A stretch of 64,000 nucleotides of DNA from an uncultured Candidatus Rokubacteria bacterium (lineage in GTDB: Bacteria; Methylomirabilota; Methylomirabilia; Rokubacteriales; CSP1-6). The stretch covers positions 640,001 through 704,000 of the forward strand of contig CAVXJS010000011.1 of NCBI GenBank assembly GCA_963762145.1. The letters run 5' to 3'. Positions 39,211 through 49,135 of this stretch are shown piece by piece. Position numbers and translations under genes: made by a program. The notes below the pieces were generated by a model. The model was not told where the DNA came from. It did no database searches and worked only from the letters and a program-made list of their open reading frames with translations. How positions within the stretch are numbered: the first letter of the stretch is position 1; each line of letters starts with the position of its first letter.

Positions 39211-40104
39211 GTGCCGACCGTCCGCACGCCGACCCTCGAGATCGGCTACGAGGAGCGGGGGGACGCGGCGGGCCCGCCGGTCGTCCTCCTCCACGGCTTC
39301 CCCGACGACGCGCACGCCTGGAGCGAGGTGGCGCCTCCGCTGGCCGCCCGCGGCTGCCGCGTGCTCGCCCCCTACCTGCGCGGGTACGGACCGACGCGCT
39401 TCCTCGACGCGGCCGCCCCGCGCATGGCGCAGCAGGCCGCGATCGGCCAGGACCTGCTGGACTTCCTGGACGCGCTCGGCATCGAGCGGGCCGCGCTCGG
39501 CGGCTACGACTGGGGTGGGCGCGCGGCCTGCATCACCGCCATCCTGGCGCCGGCCCGCGTGCGCGCCCTCCTCTCCATCGGCGGCTACAACGTCCAGAAC
39601 ACGATCGCGACCCCGGTGCCCGCCTCCGCGCTGCAGGAGCGGGCCAACTGGTACCAGTGGTACTTCAACACCGAGCGCGGGCACCTCGGGCTCGAGAAGA
39701 ACCGCCGCGACATCTGCCGGCTGCTCTGGCGGGACTGGTCGCCGGGCTGGCGCTTCGACGACGCGACGTTCGAGCAGGCGGCGGCCGCCTTCGACAACCC
39801 CGACTTCGTTCCGGTGGTGATCCACTCCTACCGGCATCGGTACCGCCACGCGCCGGGCGAGCCGCGCTTCGACGCGATCGAGCGCCGTCTCGCCGAGCGG
39901 CCGCGCATCGAGGTGCCGAGCGTGATCCTGCACGGCCGCGACGACGGAGTGGACCCCCCGCGGCGCAGCGAGCCGCACCTCGCCCTGTTCCCGGCCGGGA
40001 CCCCGCGGCATGTGATCCCGGACGCCGGTCACTTCCTCCCGCGCGAGCAGCCCGGCGCGGTCGTGGAGGCGCTCGTCTCCCTGCTGGACCGGACGGCGCG
40101 CTAG
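39211..40104 (+). CDS. Alpha/beta hydrolase (epoxide hydrolase-like)
   Basis: LLHGFP, LRGYG, GYDWGG, AGHF. Confidence 0.88.
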   Translation: MPTVRTPTLEIGYEERGDAAGPPVVLLHGFPDDAHAWSEVAPPLAARGCRVLAPYLRGYGPTRFLDAAAPRMAQQAAIGQDLLDFLDALGIERAALGGYDWGGRAACITAILAPARVRALLSIGGYNVQNTIATPVPASALQERANWYQWYFNTERGHLGLEKNRRDICRLLWRDWSPGWRFDDATFEQAAAAFDNPDFVPVVIHSYRHRYRHAPGEPRFDAIERRLAERPRIEVPSVILHGRDDGVDPPRRSEPHLALFPAGTPRHVIPDAGHFLPREQPGAVVEALVSLLDRTAR

Positions 40105-40107
40105 CCC

Positions 40108-40974
40108 GTGTGGTTCCTGCTCGCGGTGGTCGCGGCCCTGTGCCAGGTGCTGCGCAACACGGTGATGAAGCGCCTCGGCCACTCGCTCGACGAGTACATC
40201 AACGTGTGGGGCCGCTTCACGTTCCTGCTCCCCTTCGCGGGGCTCTTCGTGCTCTGGAACGGGGTGCCCGAGATCAAGCCGGGATTCTACCTCGCCTGCG
40301 CCTCGTTCGCGGTCTCCCAGACCATCTCGACCATGGCGCTGTCCAAGGCCCTCAAGCTCGCCGAGATCTCGATGGTCACCGCGCTGTGGAAGGTGAGCCT
40401 GCTGATCCTGGTCGTGCTCGGCTACTTCACCTTGCGCGAGCAGCCGACCCTCCTCGGCATCGCGGGCATCCTGATCAGCATGTCCGGTGTCTACCTGCTG
40501 AACGTCCACCGGGCCCACATCGCCTGGTGGGCGCCATTGGCGGTGCTCTTCACGGATCGCGGCATGCGCTATAGCCTGCTGGCCGCGCTCTTCTTCGCGC
40601 CGTCGGTGGTCACCATCAAGTGGGCGATGCAGTGCTCCGACCAGTACATGGGTACCCTCGGCGGCTACATCGCCGCGAGCCTGCTGGTGACCCCGATCGT
40701 GCTCAAGACCTCGCGGCGGCACTTCGTGGAGATCCCGAGATACTGGAAGGCCTTCGTGAGCTTCGGGCTCTTCGCCTCGCTGACCACGATCAGCCAGGGC
40801 ACCGCCTACCTCATGACGCTGTCCTCGTACGTGGAGGCGGTGAAGCAGGTGGAGATCCTCTTCGCGATGGCGATCGGCACCGTGATGTTCCACGAGAAGC
40901 AGAAGGTGCGGGACATCGCGCCCGGGGCGGTGGTGATGCTGGCGGGCGTGGTGCTGCTGAGCCTGGCCGGCTAG
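40108..40974 (+). CDS. EamA/DMT family transporter
   Basis: About 10 TM helices in two repeats. Confidence 0.82.
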   Translation: MWFLLAVVAALCQVLRNTVMKRLGHSLDEYINVWGRFTFLLPFAGLFVLWNGVPEIKPGFYLACASFAVSQTISTMALSKALKLAEISMVTALWKVSLLILVVLGYFTLREQPTLLGIAGILISMSGVYLLNVHRAHIAWWAPLAVLFTDRGMRYSLLAALFFAPSVVTIKWAMQCSDQYMGTLGGYIAASLLVTPIVLKTSRRHFVEIPRYWKAFVSFGLFASLTTISQGTAYLMTLSSYVEAVKQVEILFAMAIGTVMFHEKQKVRDIAPGAVVMLAGVVLLSLAG

Positions 40975-41336
40975 ACGTCCGGCCGCTTGCCGTGGGTGGC
41001 CCGGACGACCGTCTTGATGCCGCCGCGCACGTGAAGTCGCCGACCACCTCGATCCAGCGGGGCGCCGCGACGGCCACGAAGTCGTCGAGGATCCGGTTGG
41101 TCACGTCCTCGTGGAAGGCCCCCTCGTTCCGGTACGACCAGATGTAGAGCTTGATCGACTTGAGCTCGACCAGGTGCCGGTCGGGCACATATCGTGATCT
41201 CGGATCGTGGCGAAGTCGGGCTGGCCGGTGCACGGGGCAGACGCAGGTGAACTCGGGGATCTCGAGGCTGACCTCGTAGTCGCGGCCGGGTGCGGATTCG
41301 GCACGACGTCGAGCGCTTCGACGGCTGCGTCGGCAT
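40971..41336 (-). CDS. queF: NADPH-dependent preQ0 reductase; apparent indels
   Basis: PEFTC..C..TGQPDFAT, ELKSIKLY, SYRNEGAFHE and RGGI across frames. Confidence 0.9.
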   Translation of the reverse strand: MPTQPSKRSTSCRIRTRPRLRGQPRDPRVHLRLPRAPASPTSPRSEITICARPAPGRAQVDQALHLVVPERGGLPRGRDQPDPRRLRGRRGAPLDRGGRRLHVRGGIKTVVRATHGKRPDV

Positions 41337-41409
41337 GGCCCGACGCTACCGCGCGGCGCGCGGCGGCGGTCAAGCGCGCTCTCGCCCTCTGGGGCAGACG
41401 GGTGAGGCG

Positions 41410-42295
41410 TCAGCGGCGGACGGTGAGGCCGATGCCGGCCGCGACCATGACGGTCGAGAGGAGCAGCGTCGGGTCAGCTGGTCGCCGGCGATCGCGGCGG
41501 CGACGAGCACGCCGAAGATCGGCGTGGTGAGCGAGCAGGTCGCGAGCGCGCTCGGCCGGTAGACCTGGAAGAGGCGCGAGTTCACGACGAAGTTGAACCC
41601 GGCGACGACGACGCCCTGGTAGAAGAGCGAGGCGGCCAGCGCCGGCGTGTAGCGCGTGGGCGCGCCGGCCTCCAGCACGGACGCTCGCGGCGAGGAAGCA
41701 GGCGCTCCCGATGGCGGACTGGAAGACGAGCAGCTTGATCGGATCGAGCCGCTGGACCGCGCGCGCCATGTACACGATGCGCTCGCCGAGCAGGAGCGCG
41801 CTGGCCGCGACCACGAGGTCGCCGACCAGCGTGTCGCTCCGGAAGGAGAAGTCGCGCGCGAAGAGCAGCACGATGCCGGGGTAGGCGACGAGCACGCCGC
41901 CGAGCTTGGCGGGCGTGAGGCGGTCGCCCGGGATCAAGAAGTGGGCGAGCACCACGGTGTGCACCGCGTAGGAGTTGAGCGAGCACCGCGCCGTGGGTGG
42001 CGGTGGTGAGGCCGATCCCGACGTTCATGAGGCCGATCTGCACCGCGAAGAGCAGGCCGAGCGACGCATCAGGACGCGCCACTCGCCGGGGCGCACGTCG
42101 AAGACGCCCGGCTGGCCGCGTCCACCACGCATAGGCGAGGATCGCGAGCCCGCCGAGCACGAAGCGCATCCAGGCGAGGCGCAACGGCGGCGCGTCGGCG
42201 AGGCCGACCTTCACCGCGAGCGGGTTGGCGCCCCAGAGCGCGGCGAGGACGAGCGCGAGGACGGCGCCCCGCACAGTCGAGGGGACGGAGGGCAC
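41410..42295 (-). CDS. EamA/DMT family transporter; apparent indels
   Basis: ALWGANPLAVKVGL, RFVLGG, LAHFLIPGDRLT, TPIFGV. Confidence 0.8.
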
Positions 42296-42383
42296 GCTAC
42301 GGACCAGGCGGGCGCGGCGACCGCGGCCGCCGCGGCGGCGCCGTCGCGGCGGAGGTCCGGCGGCTATGGTAGCATGGCCCTCC

Positions 42384-43473
42384 ATGAAGATCGGGCTGAT
42401 CGGCCTGTCCCGAGAGCGGCAAGACCTCGCTGTTCAACCTGCTGACCGGGGCAGAGCGTCGCGACCTCGTCGTTCGGCGGCGCGCGCGCGCGAGATGCAC
42501 GCGGGCGTGGCGCGCGTGCCCGACGAGCGCGTCGATCGGCTGAGCGCGCTGTTCAAGCCGAAGAAGACGACGCACGCCACGTTCGAGGTGGTCGACCTCG
42601 CCGGGCATCGCGAAGGGCGAGCGGCAGGGCCTCGACGCCAAGGAGTTCCGGAACGCCGACGCGCTGCTCCACGTCGTGCGCGCGTTCCCCGACGCGGCGG
42701 GCGCCGCCGCGAATCCGGGCGGCGACATCGACGACCTCGAGACCGAGCTGATCCTGGCCGACCTCGAGGTGGTGGAGCGGCGGCTCGAGCGGCTCGAGGC
42801 GCAGATCAAGAAGAAGCGGACCGACGCCGACGTGAAGGAGCAGGCCGTGCTCCTGAAGGTGAAGCCCGCGCTCGAGGCGGAGACGCCGATCCGCGCGATG
42901 GGGCTGACCGACGGACGAGGCGCGGGTCCTCCGCGGCTTCACGTTCCTCTCGCAGAAGCCGATCCTGCACTGCCTGAACCTGTCCGAGAAGGAGATCGGC
43001 CGGGCGCCGCGCTCGTGGAGAGCTTCGAGCTCGCCGACGGTGGCGGCGCGCCCGGCGCACGCGCCTCGGCTGGGTCTCCGCGGTGATCGAGGCCGAGGTC
43101 GCGCAGCTCGCCGGGCCGGAGCAGGCCGCGTTCCTCGCCGACCTCGGCCTCGCCGAGCCCGCGATCCGCCGCGTGCTGCAGGACTGCTACGCGCTGCTCG
43201 GCCTCATCTCGTTCTTCACGGTGGGCGAGGACGAGGTGCGCGCCTGGTCCGTTCCCGCGCGGCACCCGCGCCCAGGACGCCGCCGGGCGCCATCCACTCC
43301 GACATCGCGCGGGGCTTCATCCGCGCCGAGGTCGTGGGCTACGACGAGCTCCTCGCCGCCGAGGGCTCGATGGCCGCCGTCCGCGAGCGCGGCCGGTTCC
43401 GCCTCGAGGGCAAGGACTATCACGGTCCAGGACGGCGAGATCTGCCACTTCCGCTTCAACGTGGCGCAAGTAG
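42384..43473 (+). CDS. ychF: Redox-regulated ATPase YchF; many apparent indels
   Basis: [72 protein letters not shown]. Confidence 0.9.
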
Positions 43474-43481
43474 CCGCCCGT

Positions 43482-43682
43482 CTAGCTCGGTAGCTCGTCC
43501 CCACGCGACCCAGTGACGGTCGCTGGCCACCTCGCACCGCAGCCGATCGAGCCCCGCCTTCGCGATCTGGCGGAAGCGGTCCACGAAGCCCTGGTTCACC
43601 GCCGCGAAGTCGGCCGCCGCGTAGGCGGTCGCCTGAGTCCGCGGCTCGAGTCATCAGCTCGCGGCTCGAGCACGCGATTCAT
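43482..43682 (-). pseudogene. Class I SAM methyltransferase remnant (N- and C-termini joined)
   Basis: MNRVLEPELM..QATAYAAADFAAVNQGFVDRFR joined directly to [24 protein letters not shown]; no SAM-binding core. Confidence 0.55.
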
Positions 43683-44260
43683 CGTCGCGCCGCCCCCTTC
43701 GTGCCCGCGCCGCACTCGACGGCGCAGAGTGAGCGTGAAGCGGTCGGCGGGATAGGTCCGCTGCGGATCGCGGCAGCCTACCGAGGCGCCGAGCGGATCC
43801 TCGGTGCCGCGGAGATCGCCGTCGCGATGCGAGGCGCAGGCGGTCGTGCGAGCTCGAGGTGCACGTGCGGCACGCCCGCCGAGTTGCCCGAGGCGCCGGA
43901 GAAGCCGATGCGCTCGCCGCGCGCGACCGACTGTCCGGTCGTGACCGTCGCGCCGCGTCAGGTGGCAGTACACGGTCCAGCGCTTGAAGCGGGGATGCGC
44001 GAGCACCACCCCGACGCCGCAGCCCGGCTCGTAGTCGATCAGCAGGCTGACGATCCCGTCGGCGCCCGCCAGGACCGGCGTGCCGACCGGCGCGGCGAAG
44101 TCCACGCCCGCGTGCGGCCGCAGGCGCGGGTGCGCGTTGGCGCCGAGCCGCGAAGCGATAGGGCGGAGAGGATCACCACGTCGGCGGCCTCCTCGGCGAC
44201 CGCGACGGCCGCCGCGACGAGGAGGACCGCGACGGCGAGTCCGGAGCGAGCACCGGACAT
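43679..44260 (-). CDS. M23-family metallopeptidase (secreted); apparent indels
   Basis: Signal peptide; HAGVD, GTPVLAGADG, YCHL, SGNS..PHVH. Confidence 0.85.
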
Positions 44261-44263
44261 GCG

Positions 44264-45280
44264 CTACTGGCGGCCGGAGGAAGCCGCGAGCTTCGGCACG
44301 CCGCCCAGGGTCTGCGCGATCTTGACCAGCGTCGCGTCCGAGGTGGCCGATCGGCAGCACGCAGCCCGCGCCGAGGAAGACGCCGCGACCGTCGGTCTGG
44401 GCGAGCGCGTCCCGGCATCTGCGCGAGGGCGGCCTCCGGGGCTCGCATCCTGGAGCGTGGCCCACTGGTCGAGCCCGCCGATGACCGCGCCGGGCACCCG
44501 GGCCTGCGCTTCCCGCAGCGACGGGCCCGCGCGGCGGTCGTCCCAGTTCCAGGCGTCGGCGGGCAGGGTGGCGAGGCGATCGAACATCAGGCGCTCGCCG
44601 TGGCAGTGGAGGATCGTGAGCTTGGAGCGGGGCCGGACCGCCTCCAGGATGCGCCGGTCGTAGGGCTCGCCGAAGCGCGCGGTACTCCTCCTCGGTGTGG
44701 AAGGCGGTGCTCGCCGCCTGCACCGAGTAGAAGATGCCCTCCGCGCCCTCCCGGAAGCACGCGTCGGCGAACGCGAGGATCGTCTCGGTGATGGCCTCGA
44801 GGGCGTCGGTGACGGCCTGCGGGTTCTCCTTGAGGTCGTAGTTGAGGCGATCGCCCGAGAGCTTGCGCGCGAGCGAGAGCGGGCTGAACACGGTCGGCAA
44901 CGGTGGGGCAGTCCGCGCGCCGGTCGACCACGCAGCGGATGATGGTCTCGAGGTGCGAGCCCCACGCGGTGGACTCCATGTTCAGCGGGCGGATCTTCTT
45001 CCAGTCCTCGGGAGCATTGACCGCGTGGCGCGCGCACGGCCGATGGCCGTCCGGCAGGACCTCCGTCGCTCTCCACGCAGCCCCAGTCCGCCACCGCATA
45101 GCCGCCGGTCGGCGTCACCTTGAGGAAGTCCGAGCCGTAGCGCTCGTGGAAGCGCAGCGTGGACTGCGCGAGCGCGGCCGGGTTGCGATCCACGTCCGGG
45201 AAGTGCCGCCAGAAGGCGTAGGGCGGCCGGTCGGTGGGCTCGCGCCGGATCGCGGCCTGGACCCGCTCGAGCTTGGTCAT
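44264..45280 (-). CDS. UroD/MtaA-CmuA superfamily protein; apparent indels
   Basis: MTKLERVQAAI..DRPPYAFWRHF, TVFSPL, GAEGIFY, FGEPYD, ILHCHG, GAGCVL; no HemE RQAGR motif. Confidence 0.78.
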   Translation of the reverse strand: MTKLERVQAAIRREPTDRPPYAFWRHFPDVDRNPAALAQSTLRFHERYGSDFLKVTPTGGYAVADWGCVESDGGPAGRPSAVRAPRGQCSRGLEEDPPAEHGVHRVGLAPRDHHPLRGRPARGLPHRCRPCSARSRSRASSRAIASTTTSRRTRRPSPTPSRPSPRRSSRSPTRASGRARRASSTRCRRRAPPSTPRRSTARFGEPYDRRILEAVRPRSKLTILHCHGERLMFDRLATLPADAWNWDDRRAGPSLREAQARVPGAVIGGLDQWATLQDASPGGRPRADAGTRSPRPTVAASSSARAACCRSATSDATLVKIAQTLGGVPKLAASSGRQ

Positions 45281-46168
45281 GACGCCAGCACGAGCTCCGC
45301 GTCGCGCACCGCGGGGCGGCCGTCTGCCGCGAGCGCCTCGAAGCCCACCACGGCGCCCGCGGGCGAGGACCGCGGTGCCTGGCCCCGGACGACGATCCGC
45401 GAGGGCATCCGCACCATGGCGCCGAAGCGGGCGGTCACCGCGCGCACCGGCGTGGCCGCGCCGCGCGCCTGTCGTCCGAGCGCCTGCGAGATCGCGAGGG
45501 CCAGCGTGGCGGTGCCGTGCAGGATGATGTCGGGCAGCCCGGCGCCCAGGGCGACCGCGCGTCGGTGTGGATCGGGTTCCAGATCCGCGCGCACTCCGTG
45601 TAGACGTGGGCGAGGGCGGCGGCGACCGGGACGTCGGTGGTCCAGGACCACCCGTCACCCTGCCCTCTGCCCCAGAGGGGCGAGGGCTCCGCCTCTCGCG
45701 TCTCGCCCTCTGGGGAGAGGGTCGGCGTGAGCGGCGACGTCGCACTCCACGCCCAGGTACAGCGAGCCGTACTCGGTGGTGCTGACCGGCCGACCCGCCG
45801 CATCGACCGTCTCGATGCGGAGCACCAGATAGGCGCCGGGCGTCCGCGGCTCGAGCGCGGCGACGGTGGCCGTCGTGCTGAGCCGGTCGCCGGCGCGCGG
45901 CGGCCGATGCAAGCGGAGGCGTGCGTGGCGTGCACGCTGCGCACCGCGACCTCGTCGGGCAGCGCCTTGGCCCGGACGTCGACCGCCAGGGGCCACTCGT
46001 AGCAGACGGGGAACAGCGGGTGCGCGAGGACGCCGTCCGGCCGCGTGGTGTCGAAGTATCCGGCGCGTGCTCGCCGAGCGCGGCGGCATAGGCCATGAGC
46101 CAGCGCGCGTCGACTTCCTGCTCGCGCGGGCCGACCGTGATGCCGACGGCGGAGGCGGGAATGCGCAT
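45277..46168 (-). CDS. Double hot-dog MaoC-type dehydratase with a REP in the inter-domain linker; apparent indels
   Basis: WLMAYAAALGE, AHPLFPVCYEWP, YTECARIWNPIHTD, GLPDIILHGTATLA. Confidence 0.8.
45651..45734. repeat. Inverted REP doublet inside a CDS
   Basis: CCCGTCACCCTGCCCTCTGCCCCAGAGGGGCGAGGG plus an inverted partner; same family as 52215-52296. Confidence 0.75.
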
Positions 46169-46178
46169 GAGGTCCGGG

Positions 46179-46213
46179 CCCGTCACCCGGCCCTCTCTCC
46201 AGAGGAGAGAGGG
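46179..46213. repeat. Single REP unit at the RACo/MaoC junction
   Basis: CCCGTCACCCGGCCCTCTCTCCAGAGGAGAGAGGG. Confidence 0.7.
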
Positions 46214-48076
46214 GGAGTGCGGGGGAAGTTCATGCAGTCCACGAAGATGGCCTCGAAGTCGGGATGCGCGGCGAGCGAGACGTGCTCGATGCGGCGCGCG
46301 ATGGTCCGCGGCCCGCGCGCGCTCGGGCTCGGACACCAGGGCGAGCTGGGCGCCGAGCGCGGCCGCGTTGCCGACGTAGCGGATCTTCGCTTCGGGGAGG
46401 TCGGGCGGGATGAGCCCGATGCGCAGCGCGCTGCGCACCGAGAGGTAGTTGCCGAAGCCGCCCGCGAGCATCAGCTCGCTCGACGTCGCTCGGGCCCGAC
46501 GCCCGCGATGTGCCGCAGCATCGCCACTCCGGAGGCGATGGCGCCCTTGCAGAGCTGCACCTGCCGCACGTCGTCCTGGGTGAGCACGATCTCCCGCTCC
46601 GCGCCCGTGCTCGGCGGGGCGCGCGAGCACGACCAGGCGCTCCTCCCCGCGCATCTGGACCCGCGCGCGCATGGGGGCGGGAAGCCGGTCGCGGCCATCC
46701 ACGTCGATGAGCCCGGTCCAGTCGATGACGCCCAGCGTCGAGCAGCGACGGCGACCGCGTCGACGAGCCCGGAGCCGCAGAGGCCCTGGGCGGCGAGCGT
46801 CGCCGATCGTGTGCAGGCGGAGGTCGCCGTCCTCCACGCCCACGCGGTCGATGGCCCCGACGCGCGGCCCGCATGCCGTGGCGGATCTGCGCGCCCTCGA
46901 GCGCGGGGCCGGCGGGCGCCGAGCACGCCCAGAGCCGCTCGCGCGAGCCCAGCAGGACCTCGCCATTCGTGCCGATGTCCACCGCGATGCGGAGCGAGGG
47001 CGTGTCGTCGATGCGGGTCGCGAGGGCCACCGCCACCGCGTCCGCGCCCACGAAGCCGGCCACGATCGGGAGCAGGCACACGCGCGCCTCGGGCTGCAGC
47101 TTGAGGAAGAGGTCGCGCGCGGGGAGGATGAGTGGCGTGGCGCATCACCGGCGCGTAGGGGGCGAGGCCGACGTAGGAGGGATCGATGCCGAGCAGCAGG
47201 TGGTGCATGCAGGTGTTGCCGACGACCACGACCTTGTAGATCCACTTGGCGAGGACGCCCGACTCGCGCGCGATCTGCTCGATGTGCTGGTTGAGCAGGC
47301 CGATGATGCGCGTCTGCAGCTTGCGCAGGTTCGCCGGATCGAACTGGGCGAAGGCGATGCGCGACATCAGATCGCCGCCGAAGACGGCCTGCGGATTCAG
47401 GCTCGACGCGGACGCGAGCTGCTCGCCGGACTCGAGCTCCATCAGCGTGGTCACCACGCTGGTGGTCCCGATGTCGATGGCGAGACCGTACTTGTGCAGC
47501 GCCGTGTCACCCGCCTCCACGGCCAAAACGTGCCGGCCGAACGTGGTCACGGTGACCTCGCCGCCGCGCTCGCGCAGCGCGGCGGGCAGGGTCTTCAGCA
47601 CCGCGGGCGGTACGTCCTCGAGGTCGCCCCCCGTCGCGGCGAGCAGCGCCTCCAGGTCGGAGGTCTGGAGATGCTCGTCCTTGGGCAGGGTCACCTGGAC
47701 CGCGCGCTTGCGGACGCCGGCGTCGATCGAGATCGGCGCGGGCGCGCCGGCCGGACGCTCGCCGCCCAGGATCTGGAAGGTGGTGCTCGTCGAGCGGCGG
47801 CGCGATCTGCACGGTGACCGCCTCGGTGAGCGGCCACTGGCAGGAGAGCCGGTAACCCTCGCGGACGAGGGCGTCGCCCAGCTGCAGCTCGTCCATGATG
47901 GTGGGCGGCGGCGCGGTGCCCGCGACCAACTTGACCCGGCAGGACGTGCAGCGGCCCCGCCCGCCGCAGATGGCGTTGATGTCCACGCCGCCGCCGTGCG
48001 CGGCCTTCAGGATGGTCGTGCCGGGCTTGGTGTCGAGGACGCGCGGGCCGGGCAGGATGGTCAGGGAAATGGCCAT
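46183..48076 (-). CDS. ASKHA-fold reductive activator of corrinoid proteins (RACo/RamA-like, DUF4445) with N-terminal 2Fe-2S domain; apparent indels
   Basis: CGGRGRCTSC..RLSCQ, DIGTT, NPQAVFGGDLMSRI, DIGTNGE, AGPALEG, GLCGSG, LTQDDVRQVQLCKGAI, LAGGFGNY, GNAA. Confidence 0.88.
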
Positions 48077-48183
48077 GCGGGCGCAGGATACCATTCTTTT
48101 TCTTGACTTTACGCGCGTGTTTGCGGATAGTTACCTACTAACCCGTCACAGGGTCTGGGCGGGCACTGTCCCCGGGGGGTGCG

Positions 48184-49110
48184 TTGCTCCGCTACGTCGT
48201 TTATCGCCTCCTCTGGCTGGTTCCGACGCTCCTCGCCATGGCGCTCGTCACCTTCCTGGTGATGCACGCTACGCCGGGTAGCCCTCTCGATCCGGTCGCG
48301 GAGGGGGCGAACCCGTTGTCGCCGGAGGCGCAGAAGAACCTCGCGGAGGCCTACGGGCTGGACAAGCCGCTCTATGTCCAGTTCGGCATCTTCCTCCAGA
48401 AGGCCGTGCGCGGTGATTTCGGCACGTCGTTCGTCTACAAGACCCGCACGGTGGCCGAGATCATGGCCGAGACGTTCCCGATCTCCCTCCTCCTTGGCAG
48501 CATGGCCCTGGCGCTGGCGGTGATCGGGGGGCTCACGCTCGGGGTGCTGGCCGCGGTCTACCAGAACCGGTCCTGGGACTACGTCTCGGTGAGCGTGGCC
48601 ACGCTCGGGGTCAGCGTGCCCAACTTCGTGCTGGCCGTGTTCCTGATCGTGCTCTTCTCGTTCGTCCTGCCCATCTTCCCCACCGGGGGCTGGAACTCGC
48701 CGAAGGACTGGGTCCTACCGACGATCACGCTCGCGCTGGCCCCGATGGGCATCATCGCGCGCTTCACGCGTTCTAGCATGCTGGAAGTCATCCGCTCCGA
48801 TTACATCGTGACCGCGCGGGCCAAGGGGCTGGCCGAGACGCCGGTAATCCTCAAGCACGTGCTCAAGAACGGCTTCATCCCGGTGGTCACGCTGCTCGGC
48901 CCCATGTTCGCCGCGGTGGGGACCGGCTCCTTCTTCGTGGAGTCCATCTTCCGCGTTCCGGGCATGGGCCGCTTCTTCGTGCTCTCGATGACCGGACGCG
49001 ACTATCCGATGATCATGGCGGTCGTGCTGATTTACGGAGGGTTCCTGGCCCTCATGAACCTCGTGGTCGACCTCCTCTATGGCCTTCTCGACCCCCGCAT
49101 CCGATACTAG
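48184..49110 (+). CDS. oppB: Peptide/nickel ABC transporter permease (OppB-like)
   Basis: YGLDKPLYVQF, ARFTRSSMLEV..TARAKGL, RDYPMI, DPRIRY. Confidence 0.9.
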   Translation: MLRYVVYRLLWLVPTLLAMALVTFLVMHATPGSPLDPVAEGANPLSPEAQKNLAEAYGLDKPLYVQFGIFLQKAVRGDFGTSFVYKTRTVAEIMAETFPISLLLGSMALALAVIGGLTLGVLAAVYQNRSWDYVSVSVATLGVSVPNFVLAVFLIVLFSFVLPIFPTGGWNSPKDWVLPTITLALAPMGIIARFTRSSMLEVIRSDYIVTARAKGLAETPVILKHVLKNGFIPVVTLLGPMFAAVGTGSFFVESIFRVPGMGRFFVLSMTGRDYPMIMAVVLIYGGFLALMNLVVDLLYGLLDPRIRY

Positions 49111-49135
49111 TCTGCCCACGCCGGACGGCGCGGCG

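Noticed and set aside
44264-45280. hemE (uroporphyrinogen decarboxylase)
   Set aside because: Lacks the N-terminal RQAGR substrate-binding motif and has no heme-pathway context.
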